A stretch of DNA of 44,244 nt from Selaginella moellendorffii. Lineage: Eukaryota; Plantae; Lycopodiophyta. Position numbers and translations under genes: made by a program. The DNA is taken from positions 778,589 through 822,832 of the forward strand of contig NW_003314346.1 in the NCBI RefSeq assembly GCF_000143415.4, in the 5' to 3' direction. The notes below the pieces were generated by a model. That model saw nothing but the letters and a program-made list of their open reading frames with translations. It did no database searches and had not been told where the DNA came from. Shown here one piece after another: positions 1 to 11,613 of the stretch; within the stretch, counting starts at the first letter, position 1, and every line of letters begins with the position of its first letter.

Positions 1-262
1 GGTAATGACTGAGTTCGCAGTGCGGCAAAGGTGAATGGGCATGGCCTTAGCATAACGGGCTGATATGTCAGTGGTACCTTTGGGTGTCGATTTTGGGACT
101 AGACGCATGGAGCACTTGGACCAAGTGTAAAGGATGAGTGGCATGGATGCCATTCTCGAGACTAACAAGTCCCAAATCTTGAATTGGATTTAAGGAGGTT
201 GTGAATGAGACTCCTCCAAGTGGTTAGAGGTGTGGTTAAGTGACTAAAATAGAATGGAAAAT

Positions 263-732
263 TTAGTCGCCTACAACAAGATTTTGAGGAAGTGCTGGCC
301 ACAACATTCCTAGCTTGATCCGCTCTAACATATTTAATTCTGCACGAAGCAAAAGGCTTTGGAAACGAACGCCAAATTGCATCACCGACTCATATGGCCC
401 TTGACGAAGATGTTGCAATTGCTGGAAGGCATCATCACAATCGTCGGCATATCCAAATGCATGTTTGAAGACATCCGGGAGAACACTCCAATCCCCATGA
501 GTGGCTACACTCAAACCATTGTACCACTATAGCACCGTCCCTTGGAGACATGAGGAAACTCACACAAACGTCGAGCATCATTCCAAATATGATATGTGGC
601 AATCACTGTGAAGTGATTGAACCAATGGTACACATTATCCCCAAAATTCTCACGAAAGAACTTTGGCCAAACGCGAAGATTGGCACCAAAAGTAGGAGGA
701 GCTGGACCATATGCCGTGAATGCTGTCATCAA
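263..732 (-). pseudogene. Retrotransposon gag (Retrotrans_gag-like) remnant
   Basis: Two adjacent frameshifted ORFs read PKFFRENFGDNVYHWFNHF...W..F.HAFG...DAFQQLQHLRQGPYESVMQFGVRFQSLL, the typical capsid 'L+Q..ESV..F..RF..L' pattern. The element probably continues off the left end. Confidence 0.7.
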
Positions 733-1455
733 TTGAGTTTAGTTGTTCAATTGCAATAGCATCAAGCAATTGTACTAATTGCTACTCCAAAGCTAGAGGA
801 GGAAACTATTACTTTACCATAAAGATAAATGAAAAGGAAAGAGCAAAAGAAGAGAAATGAGAAAAAACTAGAAGGAAAAGGAGATCTAGACAATGGAAAA
901 GGTCTGAAAGGAAAGAACAAAAAAAAAGAAATGGAAAAAGCTAAATTTTGACAATGCAAAAGTTAGATTTAAACCAAAATCCCAAATTCAAGCATTCCTC
1001 AGGGATAATGAAAATTGCTTTTCACCTCCACTAATGTGAGTGTTTGGAATATGGACAGAAAATATGCATATCAATTAGCTTAAAAACTTTAACTTATATA
1101 CAAAAGCGAGTGGTTAGAATTAAAACCAATCCAATGGCTACCAAAATCCCATTACGCTAATATTAGTATATAACATCATAACCGTATATTTGGCCCTATA
1201 TGTTATAAAATTAGTAAATGATATACTTTATTTTCCTGGAATATAGATAAAAAACAGTGCTAGCAAGAGTAGCAGCGCTAGCAGCCATGGCTGCTGGAGG
1301 TTCGTCTCTCTACACTACACACAGGCATCCTTGACAAGTGATTGAATCTGGAGGAAATCTTGGACAGCACAAAAACTCGAACAAGCAATTCTGGCGCGTC
1401 CATGAAACTAAAAGATGCTCCCTATAAGTGAAGGAGAATTTTTCTAAATAAGAGA

Positions 1456-2580
1456 ATGGGGAAATGGAGCGCAGGTCTCTGCGGGAATTTCGAGTGCGTC
1501 ACGGAGCCATCGCTAGTGCTGCACATCTTGAGCTTCCTGGACGTCCCAGACTTGTTCACATTGCAGGCGGTGTGCAAGTCTTGGCACGATCCTGTGCTCT
1601 CTCCTCGTTTCGTGCAGCTCTACAAGCCACCGCTGGAGCCCTGGGCCGTGTTCAGGGTGCGCACGGGCCAGCCGGTCACGAGTCAAAGGACGCATTCGCA
1701 GGTGTCGTGGCTGTAGGCAGCGTCGTTACATGTACACTGACGATCGTTTTGACTATGGCATGACACTGGAGAATCACGCCGAGCTATGGCGTCCACACAG
1801 ATCCCAGCGCAAGAGGTGCATCCTTCCACTAGGCCCTCCGGGATCGTGTTTCGTGGGCTTGTGCTCGTCCAACGGGCTCGTCTGTGGGATGCTCGTGGAA
1901 CACTCGGAATCGACGACTTTGGCTGTGGGGAATCCAATCTGGAAGGCGCTTCCGCCAGTTCCATTTCTTTTTAAAAGTCGTCTACATACATCCAGCCCTT
2001 CTTTGCATTGACAGCGAAAGAGATGTCACCAGTCACATTGTCATACTTTACGAACTGCAAGATCGAATTGTCCGCATGCAGCATCTTCTTGGCACGAGGG
2101 CCCCTTCTTCAGCAGGTCAAGCTCACTGGGATCACCTCTACGGGGCTGACCTTTCTTCTACACCACTAGGCGGGAGATACTCCCAACTTACGATCCGCAT
2201 TCCAGAGCTTGGTCTCACGTGGACAACGCGCGACCAGCACTATGTAACCAGCTTCTTCAACACATTCGTCCCTTCATCTACAAGGGGAAATGCTACTGGG
2301 TAATGAACATGTTTGATCTAGAGAAACAATTGTTGAAAGCAATGCAGCAGCAATCTGGGAGATGAACTCAACATCGGTGTTGGTGTAGGGAGCTGTGTGG
2401 ACCTAATTCTTTTACGGATTGGGCAGTGAGACTTGTAGAGGACACCGTCTTCATCTCGGCCTTCTCTGCGGTTGCATACGACTTTGCTCTCTCATGGAGG
2501 GTGAGGATATTGAGTGCAGATATGTGGTGCGCTTGTCTGCCCAGCCTTAAACAAAATATTCAGTCAAACTCATGAATCAC
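1456..2580 (+). pseudogene. F-box protein (F-box plus associated beta-propeller-type domain), disrupted
   Basis: EPSLVLHILSFLDVPDLFTLQAVCKSWHD is an F-box motif. LCSSNGLVCGML...AVGNPIWKALPPVP is typical of plant F-box-associated regions. In-frame stop at 1714-1716 and later frameshifts. The 3' end is approximate. Confidence 0.75.
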
Positions 2581-2748
2581 TAGAATTTGAGTTATTCTCA
2601 GCAATTGTTATTAGTTTTAAATCTTCGCTCCTCCGATGTTTCCAATGTTTCTATGACTTTCCAGGTATCCAGTAGCTCAAAGTCATGTTCTTTTGAGTCA
2701 CTAAAATGACTAATCCGTGGGTCTTGCAGATTCAAAATTTGGGATTGG

Positions 2749-3142
2749 TGTTAAGATCCTATCCCTTACACCCTAAGCCAACTGGCTAAAGGGGTGATCA
2801 CTTGATTGTAGGGCCCTTTCCTTATCCTATTATCCTGATCTGGTGCCTAACAATCCTCCCCCTCGTCAGGGAATGATCGTCCACGATCATACTTAGGCCA
2901 CCTTCCCGTCACCATGGTCCTTCTCTTAGGGTCTACCAAACCTTGGTTCTCCCTCTAGATCCACCATGTTGAATATTCCTTTCAAATATTCCTGCCCCAC
3001 TCGTCAACCACGAGAATCGAACTAGGCTCCGATACCAATGTTAGGATCCTATCCCTTACACCCTAAGCCAACTGGCTAAAGAGGTGATCACTTGATTGTA
3101 GGGCCCTTTCCTTATCCTATTATCCTGACCTGGTGCCTAACA
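2749..3142 (-). mobile_element. TRIM-1 (terminal-repeat retrotransposon in miniature), 394 bp, complete
   Basis: 104-bp LTRs at 2749-2852 and 3039-3142 (TG...CA, 3 mismatches). 5-bp TSD ATTGG at 2744-2748 and 3143-3147. tRNA-Met(i) PBS (TGGTATCGGAGC on minus, 3026-3037). PPT on minus next to 2853. No coding capacity. Confidence 0.95.
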
Positions 3143-3557
3143 ATTGGGAACGAAGAAGTCAAACACGGCACTAAAAGAGACAACCACGTTGTAACTGAGG
3201 ACACGGCACTGAAAAGAAACAACCGTACGAAAGAAGAAAGCCTACTTTGTTGTGAGAATGCTCGCTTTAGTGATTTCAAGGATCCCACGGCCATATTCTC
3301 CCATGGGAAAATTGGTCCAAATGGTAATAGTCTTGAATTTCTCTGTCAAAAATCTATTGCTGTTTTCCAGTATCACACTATGCATCCAGGACTAGGTGAG
3401 AACGTTCACTTTGATCATTCCGTTCAAAGTCATGTGGCGATACTCTAAGACCCAGGTTTTTCCAAAGAGCCTTTGAAAGCACTTTCAAGGCTGCAAAATA
3501 TATATGATATGGTAAGACTTGAACCATTCATTATTCATTTCTTGCTGTTTCTTTCAA

Positions 3558-5804
3558 ATGGATGCGTGGAAGTTACTTGCTGTTTTCTTACTTTCTATCA
3601 GGCTCGTCGATCATGCAGATGCTGGAGATTTAGAAGTTGAAGCACTCTTGAATTTTAGGAAATCTGTACATGATCCTTTATTGTCGCTGAATAGCTGGAA
3701 CAGAGGAACAGATGTTTGCCAATGGAATGGTATCAATTGTTCCTCAGCACTGCCAGGCCAGATTTCTAGCATACAGCTCAACGATCTCTCACTTTCAGGA
3801 CCTCTTCCGATTTTTACAATCCAAGCCCTACCTCAGCTACGCAACTTTTCTGTTTCAGGGAACAACCTCACAGAAATCAACATATCCTCTTCGCAGGAAT
3901 GCTCTCTGGAGGTTCTTGACTTGTCAAGGAACCATTTCACTGGGGATTTTCTCGACACTCTTACTCTTTCATGCAAAGGCATGAGGATTTTGAACTTCTC
4001 ACACAACAAGCTACAACACATTTCAGTGAAAAGATCAATTGGGAATTCAATGGTTTCCGTCGATCTATCCTACAACGAAATGAGTGGTTCAATGCCTTCT
4101 TCTTTCTTCACATCATGCAAGAGCTTGCAGTTTCTAGACGTTTCGAGCAATCAGCTGGTTGGAGAGATCCCTGAAGATATGTTCAAAAACTGCAAAAGTC
4201 TACGACATCTTAATGTTTCATCTAACTTCTTCACAACATTTCGGATTGAGCATTGTACTAGTCTGCAGGAGTTGGACGTCTCGTTTAACAACATTTCTGA
4301 AACAGTTTTTTGGAACGATTGTGATGCTTTGAAGGTGCTCAACCTGTCAGATAATCACTTCTCTGGACCATTTCTCTCGGTATTTGCCAATCGAAGTTTA
4401 CCTCAGGTTTTCAAGTCCCTGAAGGTTCTTCGAGCCGACCACAACAGTTTCACGGGTGAACTCCCTACAGTTCCTCAAACCCTCGAGGCTCTAGACTTGA
4501 GCTGCAACATGTTCATCAGTAGCAACACAAACATCTGCCTCCTAAACTCCAGACTCGAGTCTTTGGTGTTGGTATACAACAGATTGCATGGTCCGGTTTT
4601 GAGCTTTCACTGTGATAACCTACAAATGCTCGATCTGAGTCTCAACTCCATGACAGGATCACTTCCAGAGGATATATGCAGCAGACTTCCAAAGCTTCAA
4701 CACCTCATCCTTTGGGGCAACAATCTCGAAGGCAGGATACCACCTACAATCGGCGACTGCAGTGAGTTGGTGACCCTGCATCTCAGTCACAACAATCTCT
4801 CCGGTGTTATACCAGAGGAGATATCTCGCTTGAAGAAAATGTACACGCTAGTTCTTAGCAACAACATGCTATCTGGATCAATCCCGGCATCTGTGGTACA
4901 GATACCAAGTCTTCGAGGTCTTCTACTTGGGCACAACAAGCTAGAGGGTGGTCTTCCAGTGGAGCTAAAAAACACCAGCAATCTAATCCAGCTTTCACTG
5001 AACGACAACCAGATGGCGGGAGAAATTCCAAGCTGGGTCGGCTGCTCAGTTAAAGAGACGCGGTATAATAATGATGTAACATTCCCCTACTTGATGGTGT
5101 TGCTGTTCAACATAGAGCCATCCATCTGCAAAGGTTACAACGAGGCCATGTTCATACTCCAGGGGATACGTTTCCATGAGTTTGAGCAACTTCCCATTGC
5201 AACCAGATGCCAAACTTGGTTCTACCTAGCACCTCCGGGTTTCAACATTTATTTAACTCCAAATCATACTAGCCACTGGTGCATCGATATCTCATTCAAC
5301 AGCTTCACAGGAACAATCCCAACAGAATTCCGTGCGACTCAGAATTTGTATTGGCTGAACCTTGCACACAACTTGCTCACAGGGGCTATTCCTTCCACAA
5401 TGGGCAACCTCAAGAACATTGAGTGGCTAGATCTCTCACAAAACCAGCTCGAATCACAGATCCCGGGCTCGCTTGCCGACCTCACCTTTTTGAAGTACTT
5501 CAACATCTCACACAACAGGCTTCTTGGACGGATTCCACAGGCAGGGCAGCTTCCAGTTTTCCCAGCAAGCAGCTACGAAGGAAATCCGGGGCTGTGTGGC
5601 ATCCCACTTGCAGAATGTCAACGTGCTGCTCCTGATGACCATAATTTGGATAATCATTCTGGTGGGAAGGATGAAGATGGAAGGATGCTGGCTGGCATTG
5701 TTGCTGCTGTTGTTTCATGTGTTTTATGGAGCTGTGCAGTATTCTTCAGCAAGAGTTGGGAAAGATTACTTCAACGGGTTTTGATGTCTTGGTTATATTA
5801 TTGA
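3558..5804 (+). CDS. LRR receptor-like protein (no kinase), 748 aa, with BRI1/BRL-like island domain
   Basis: Uninterrupted ORF from ATG 3558. Signal peptide, LRRNT cap (ALLNFRKS..DP..L.SW....C.W.GINC), many plant LxxLxLxxNxLxGxIP repeats, a non-LRR island at ~5040-5282, 4 further LRRs, GNPGLCG cap, acidic juxtamembrane, TM helix and an ~18-aa tail. Confidence 0.92.
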   Translation: MDAWKLLAVFLLSIRLVDHADAGDLEVEALLNFRKSVHDPLLSLNSWNRGTDVCQWNGINCSSALPGQISSIQLNDLSLSGPLPIFTIQALPQLRNFSVSGNNLTEINISSSQECSLEVLDLSRNHFTGDFLDTLTLSCKGMRILNFSHNKLQHISVKRSIGNSMVSVDLSYNEMSGSMPSSFFTSCKSLQFLDVSSNQLVGEIPEDMFKNCKSLRHLNVSSNFFTTFRIEHCTSLQELDVSFNNISETVFWNDCDALKVLNLSDNHFSGPFLSVFANRSLPQVFKSLKVLRADHNSFTGELPTVPQTLEALDLSCNMFISSNTNICLLNSRLESLVLVYNRLHGPVLSFHCDNLQMLDLSLNSMTGSLPEDICSRLPKLQHLILWGNNLEGRIPPTIGDCSELVTLHLSHNNLSGVIPEEISRLKKMYTLVLSNNMLSGSIPASVVQIPSLRGLLLGHNKLEGGLPVELKNTSNLIQLSLNDNQMAGEIPSWVGCSVKETRYNNDVTFPYLMVLLFNIEPSICKGYNEAMFILQGIRFHEFEQLPIATRCQTWFYLAPPGFNIYLTPNHTSHWCIDISFNSFTGTIPTEFRATQNLYWLNLAHNLLTGAIPSTMGNLKNIEWLDLSQNQLESQIPGSLADLTFLKYFNISHNRLLGRIPQAGQLPVFPASSYEGNPGLCGIPLAECQRAAPDDHNLDNHSGGKDEDGRMLAGIVAAVVSCVLWSCAVFFSKSWERLLQRVLMSWLYY

Positions 5805-6229
5805 GTTAAATTCAAACTGTAGTCAATAAAAGTGAAGATAATGTAGTCTATAAAAGTGAATACAAACTTTCAAGATTTCTAGCTTACATACTTGCATTAG
5901 CAATGGTCATATGAGTGGTTTAGCAATGAAGAGCTTGTTGCTGATTTGCATTAATCCCTACTTTTTCATGTCATGTGTTCATGACTTTGTTTCTGTACTA
6001 TATGTAAGGATATAGATATGCATTAGTTGCATTTTCACTGTTGACACATCCAAAATATAACACAATCTCCGAGGTTCCAGAAAATCTAACTTGTCCAGGC
6101 TCAATTTCTTTAGCAATTAACACATATGTCAAAACTTGATTTTTATACTTACCCATCTTTATCTACTGTTCTCTTCTTAGGTTGCTTTAGTGCTAATAGT
6201 CAAGATGAAAGATAGTATATAGTGTCTTT

Positions 6230-9200
6230 GCATGAACTACAAAAGATTGAATGATAAGATACTGAAAAATATGTTCTCAATCCCTCATATCAATGATTTG
6301 GTGTATTGTGGTGCTTGCTACTTTTCAAAGATTGATTTGAGATAATGATATCATCAAATTATTATTAAGCTGGAGGATGTTCCAAAGACAATATTTCAAA
6401 CAAGGACAAGTCACTACAAATTATTGGTGATGCCATTTGGTTTGACAAATATGCTTGCAACTTTTCAAAGGTTTAATGAATCAAATTTTGCAACCTTACT
6501 TGGGGAATTTTGTGATTGATTATTTTGATTGTAGTGCACCTTATCTCTTTCCCTTTAAGCCAACTGGAAAAGGGGCAATTGTTTGATGAGAGAGCCTTTA
6601 GTGGCTATTTTATTTCTATTTATCCCTCAAAGTTCCAAGGATCCATGATGACAGTATATCTAAATCTCATCCTATGATCACATGCGCTACACTCACCCCC
6701 CCTTTAAAGATGTTAATGTCCTTATTGACTATTGACTAACAACCTTTACTAAGCCAAGGGGAACCAACACCTCCATTTCCGCATTGAATCTATTAATCTT
6801 TCCATTATGTAAACTGGCTATTCCATGTGAGGCAATTAGTCATCCACCCGTACCACAGTCCTATGGTGGATACTTTCGTCCGTGGATACTCCACACAAGA
6901 GGAAAGACATATGCATAGATGCCCAATACGTACGATTTCAAATCTAGAGGTAGGAATATACCTTGCTCAAGGGTATATTGTATTTTTTAAGTAACCACTA
7001 ATCAATAGGAATCAAACTTGTGTCATTTGCTCCGATACCACATGTAGCGCACTTTATCTCTCTCCCCTTAAGTCAACTGGGTAATTGTTTGATGAAAGAG
7101 CTCTTAGTGGCTATTTTATCCCTATTTATCCCCCAAGGTTCCAAAGATCCATGGTGACAGTATATCCAAATCTCATCCCATGATCACATACACTATATTG
7201 ATGATATCTTGGTATTTAGTGTTACCTTAGAAAAGCATGAAATGCATGTGAAACAAGTGTTGGAATTCTTGAAAGACAATAGGAAATTGGATATCTTAAG
7301 CATTTGATTTTAATGCATGGATTGAGAGTTGATCTAGCAAAGATCAAGGTTGTGGTTGAGTAGTATATATTGCCTACTCCCTTAACTAATCTTCTCCAAA
7401 ACACATTGAATCATACTATTATATATAATTGGGATGCAAAATGTCAAATGGCATTTACACAGTGGAAATAGTATTGTATTTCTACTTTGGTGTTGAATAT
7501 CTTTGATTCTAAGAAGTCACTTGTGGTTGAGATAGATGCAAATGACATTGCTATTGGAGTAGTATTGTTTTAAATTGGGCATATTCTTGACACAACAGAA
7601 TTAGCTGACTTGTGACAAGGAGTTATATGATATAGTTAATGCTGTGAAGAAATGATGATATTATTTATATGGATTGGAGTTCTATATAGATTTAGACTAT
7701 TAGTCTCTCCAATATTTTATTTATCAAACAAATCTTCAAGACCACTTTGCATGTTGGTAAGAGTTCTTGTAAGAAATGTTAGTTAAGATCCAATATCGAT
7801 GAGGGGTGACAATAAGGTGGTTGATGCATTATCTAGAATAGTGAATTATATCTCATTTGTGAAATTATATAGTGATCTTTTGGATGAGCTTAAGGAGTTT
7901 GTTGACTTCAACTCCTTTATCGTTAATATGCACATGAAGATTTGAAGAGGGATGCCTCTATTGTTGTGAAGCCCCGACAATTTTATGTCATTTGAGATAT
8001 AAGATGGAATCTTGGTGAAGAAGGGTTATACAGTGGTTCCTTATGTTGATAAGCTCATCAAAAGGATTTTGGTGGAGTGTCATGATATGCCAAGTGTTGG
8101 GCATCCAAGGGTATTAAGGACGTATGTGTTGGTAAAAACACATTTTTTTTGGCTTGGGATGAAGTTAGATGTAGAAAAGTACATATACAATTGTTTGACC
8201 TGCTAGGCAATTAAATCTGATCACTAGAAGCTCATTGACCTTTACCATCCTCTATATATACTTGAGCATAAGTGGGATAACATCTTGATGGACTTTATCA
8301 TTAATTTGCCCAAAACCTTTCAAGAAAATGATATTATTTGGATTGATATGGATTGTTTGATGAAAATTGGCTCACTTTTTCCCATGAAGACAAATGTTAA
8401 AGCTTTTGATCTTCCTTAGTTATTTGTAAACTAATTATTTAGTCTGTATGGTTTGCTAGGTGATATTATGAGTGATTGGGATCTCAAATTCATGTCAAAG
8501 TTCTAGCAAATAGTATTTGAAAAATTAGAGACTAAGTTGAACATGAGTAGAGGTGAGCATCCACAATTTGATAGATAGACAAAGGGCATAAATCAACTAT
8601 TGGAAGATATGCTATGATCATTTGTGGGGAGCTTGACTAGGCAAGGTGTATGGGAGAAGTATTTACCTTTGCTTCAGTTTGCTCACAATAGACTCAATAA
8701 TTAGCTATTGACATATCCTTATTTATGGTGATATATAGCTTCAAGCCATGGTCTCTTGTGGGTTTGAGTTTAGCTTTAGATCAAGTGCTTTTTGCTTGTG
8801 ATTTCCTAGAGGATATACAAGACAAACTTAAGTTGGCAAAGTTGAATATAAGGCAAACTCAAGATCAAGACAAGAGATTAACTGATGAGTATTATCATCA
8901 TTAGGAGTAAAAAGTTGGTGATAAGGTTTTTCTTAAGTTGTCTAATATGCTCAGGTCTCTCAAAGGAGGTAGTAATATTAAGTTGTCTTTGTAGTATTAT
9001 AGGCTTTGTGCAATTTTGCAATGTGTGGGAGATCTTCCTTACATTTTAGACTTGCTAGCTAGCTCTAAAATTCATTTGAAGTTCCATGTGAGCAAGTTAA
9101 AAACATGTTCATACTTTAGCAATATCTTAGATTAGCTCATCATCCAGGTTCTAGAGATTGATGCTGAGAAAGCTAGTTTAGCATATATTCTTGTTCAAAG

Positions 9201-9357
9201 GTTGGTGAAAATATGCTATAAAACAACTCAGGAATTGTTGATTCAATAGAATGGCTATTCTAGTGATGAAACTACATAGGAAACTAAAGATGAGATGAAA
9301 AGAGTATTTCCAAGTTTTGACTATGATTTGGACAATATTCCTAAGGAAGGGGAGAAG
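6230..9357 (+). mobile_element. Decayed Ty3/gypsy chromovirus-type pol (RT-RNaseH-integrase-chromodomain)
   Basis: Degenerate motifs: IP.I.DL (~6280), LVMPFGLTN (~6425), YFDDILVF (split by TRIM-2), E.DA....IGVVL RNase H (~7530), ECHD....GH.....T......FFW.GM..DV..Y...C..C integrase zinc finger (8075-8205), MDFI..LPKT core, and a chromodomain-like LIQ*NGY...ETT*E (~9240-9285). PPT AAGGAAGGGGAGAAG at ~9343-9357. Many stops. Confidence 0.88.
6530..7197 (-). mobile_element. TRIM-2, 668 bp, nested in the RT gene
   Basis: LTRs at 6530-6691 and 7043-7197, more diverged than those of TRIM-1. TSD TTGAT at 6525-6529 and 7198-7202. Met PBS (gctccgatacca on plus, 7029-7040). PPT (ctcacccccccttt on plus) directly after 6691. 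Confidence 0.92.
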
Positions 9358-9853
9358 TAATTTTTATACCATATAAGTCATTTTACTCTTGTTATTTCTC
9401 TTGTTTTTATGACTGTATTATCATACTTGCCATTTCCCTCTATATTTACTGGAGGTATATTTGGCCGTATTTGCTTCTTATGGGATTCAAACCNNNNNNN
9501 NNNNNNNNNNNNNNNNNNNNNNNNNNNNNNNNNNNNNNNNNNNNNNNNNNNNNNNNNNNNNNNNNNNNNNNNNNNNNNNNNNNNNNNNNNNNNTCGAACC
9601 CAAGATCTACCATGCATGTGCATATATACATGGGCATCCAAGATTGGTATGGACCCATGCCTAAATTAGTTTCCTGGATTAGCTCAAGAATTGATCAGAT
9701 TAGTTTCCAAGGACTCTATAAAAGTAGAGTTTTTAGGACTTTGTATTTAGAGTGTTCAACATAAACTTTTTTTCCTTAATCTTTTCCTTTGTATTTGTCT
9801 TTTGATTTTGTCTTTTTCTTATCATCTCTTTCTCTCACTGACGAGTTCCTAAC
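9358..9853 (+). repeat. Probable LTR sequence, interrupted by an N gap
   Basis: Starts right after the PPT, contains TATAAAA at ~9717 and a T-rich U5-like tract, and ends in ...CCTAACA just before a gag remnant. No second copy is present to confirm it. Confidence 0.45.
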
Positions 9854-9874
9854 AGTTTGAACACTCTGATATCC

Positions 9875-10748
9875 ATGGCTTCCTCTTGTTCAGCTTCAAT
9901 CATATCTTAATATTCTACGGAAGTCATATCAAATGTTAAAACAATCCAACACTACTCTTCAGTCATAACTCTAGCAAGTTCTTCAACACCAACAATGGCT
10001 CCCTTCCTTAGAATTGAAGATTGGTATGCCAACAAAATTTGATGGTATATGATCTAAGTTTCATAGATTTCTCAACCAAGTGAAGCTTCGAATTGTTATG
10101 TAGCTTGCTTGCTATTTCATTGCAACTTCTTGTGTAGGATTGATCAGATCTCTTCTCACTGGAACTCCTCTTTCTTGGTTCTCCGCTCTTTTTAAGAAGA
10201 ATAATCCTGTCCTCCAAGATTTTAATCTTTTTATTCAATGCTTCACCAGTATGTTCAGTGATACTGATTGAGAGTACATCACCATCAACAATTTACAGCA
10301 ATTATGCCAAGGCTCTAAGTCTACATCCACCTATGCTTCTGAGTTCTAGATGGTTGCCACCGACATCTTGTGGGATGATGCAACTCTCAAAGAACACTTC
10401 CGGCTTGGTTTGTGTGATGATATGAAAGATTTGATGCTTTCTCATCCAGATCCTACATCTCTCATGATGGGCATCAGTCTTGCTGTTTGGTGTGATAATT
10501 GACTTCAAAAATGTCGGCTGGAATGACATCCAAATTTTGTTTCATGTCCAGCACCCCTGGTTTTTGAGAACCCTATACATGAGCTAGGTGCAGTTCCAAT
10601 GGAGATTGGAGCTACCCGACGGTGACGTCTTTCTCATGCAGAGACAACATTGGATTGAGAACCACTTATGTATGTATTATGGAGATGTGGATCACATCCA
10701 GCAACAGTGTCCTCATCTTCCATCAAGATCACAAGCACAAAGACCCCA
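9875..10748 (+). pseudogene. Ty3/gypsy gag remnant
   Basis: LKIGMPTKFDG near the start, VPMEIGA motif (~10593) and degenerate zinc knuckle CMYYGDVDHIQQQC (~10670-10710). Stops and frameshifts. Confidence 0.75.
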
Positions 10749-11366
10749 GGATTTTCTCTGTTCTCTACACTAGCATCTCCCTCTAACATTATAACTGAGT
10801 CTGTGTTTAGGAAGTTCTTCCCATCCAACTTTGAGTCCTTTCTAAACATACATTGATTTCATTGTGCAACAAAATACTATCCCACGTTTGGAAGCTCAGG
10901 GAGTTTTGATGTTCAAAAGAGGGAACTGGCTGCCTACTTTGCAAATGTGAAGCAGGAAACTGGAAGTAAACTCACATAGCATTTATCCATTAATCTCATA
11001 CTACGGAAGAGGACATTTGCAGCTCACCTGGTAAGTTGGAAATGTTATATTCAAAATTTAAAGAGTATATATATACAGGAATTACAATTACGATGCTTTT
11101 GGAAAGGCTTTCAACATGAACCTCCTCCAAAATCTAGACCAGGTTGCTCAGAATGGCGTCCTTTAGTGGAGGTCATCAATGTGGTTTTGGATGCAAAATT
11201 CGAATTGCCACACCGCAATAACATAGAACCAAGGATTTGGAGCTACAATTCGAGCCATCAGTGGAGGTCAGGATTGTGGCAAGGGCAGTGAGACACACGC
11301 ACAGAACCATATCAATCATTACAAGGACTTTGCTCACAGTTGGGTGTTTCACTAGGCTGTGCTTAA
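10749..11366 (+). pseudogene. GH19 chitinase pseudogene (start lost, exon 2 partly deleted)
   Basis: Close copy of the intact gene at 23156-23934, with frameshifts, stops and deletion of most of exon 2. Confidence 0.9.
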
Positions 11367-11613
11367 ACAAATGTTTTTAAAAGTTATTATTAATCAACTA
11401 ATTAGTAATTAATTATAAGTTATGATGATGCTTTTCAACCTATGAAGGACAAGAAGACTTAGCGAGAGAGGGGGATAGAGCATGTATACCAAGCTGTGGC
11501 AATAAAGAGACTTATTTGGAGATCATCTTTGAGTTTTAAGACAACGATCATATCGTTTCTGCAGCTCTAGAAACGATCAGCGACATCAAGTGCTCACTCA
11601 ACAGTTGATTATC

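Noticed and set aside
2749-3142. Cassandra-type TRIM with 5S rRNA in its LTRs
   Set aside because: No recognisable 5S A/C-box sequence in the 104-bp LTRs.
6230-10748. pol remnant, LTR and gag remnant as a tandem element sharing one LTR
   Set aside because: An N gap lies in the putative LTR and no clear PBS is visible, so continuity cannot be shown.
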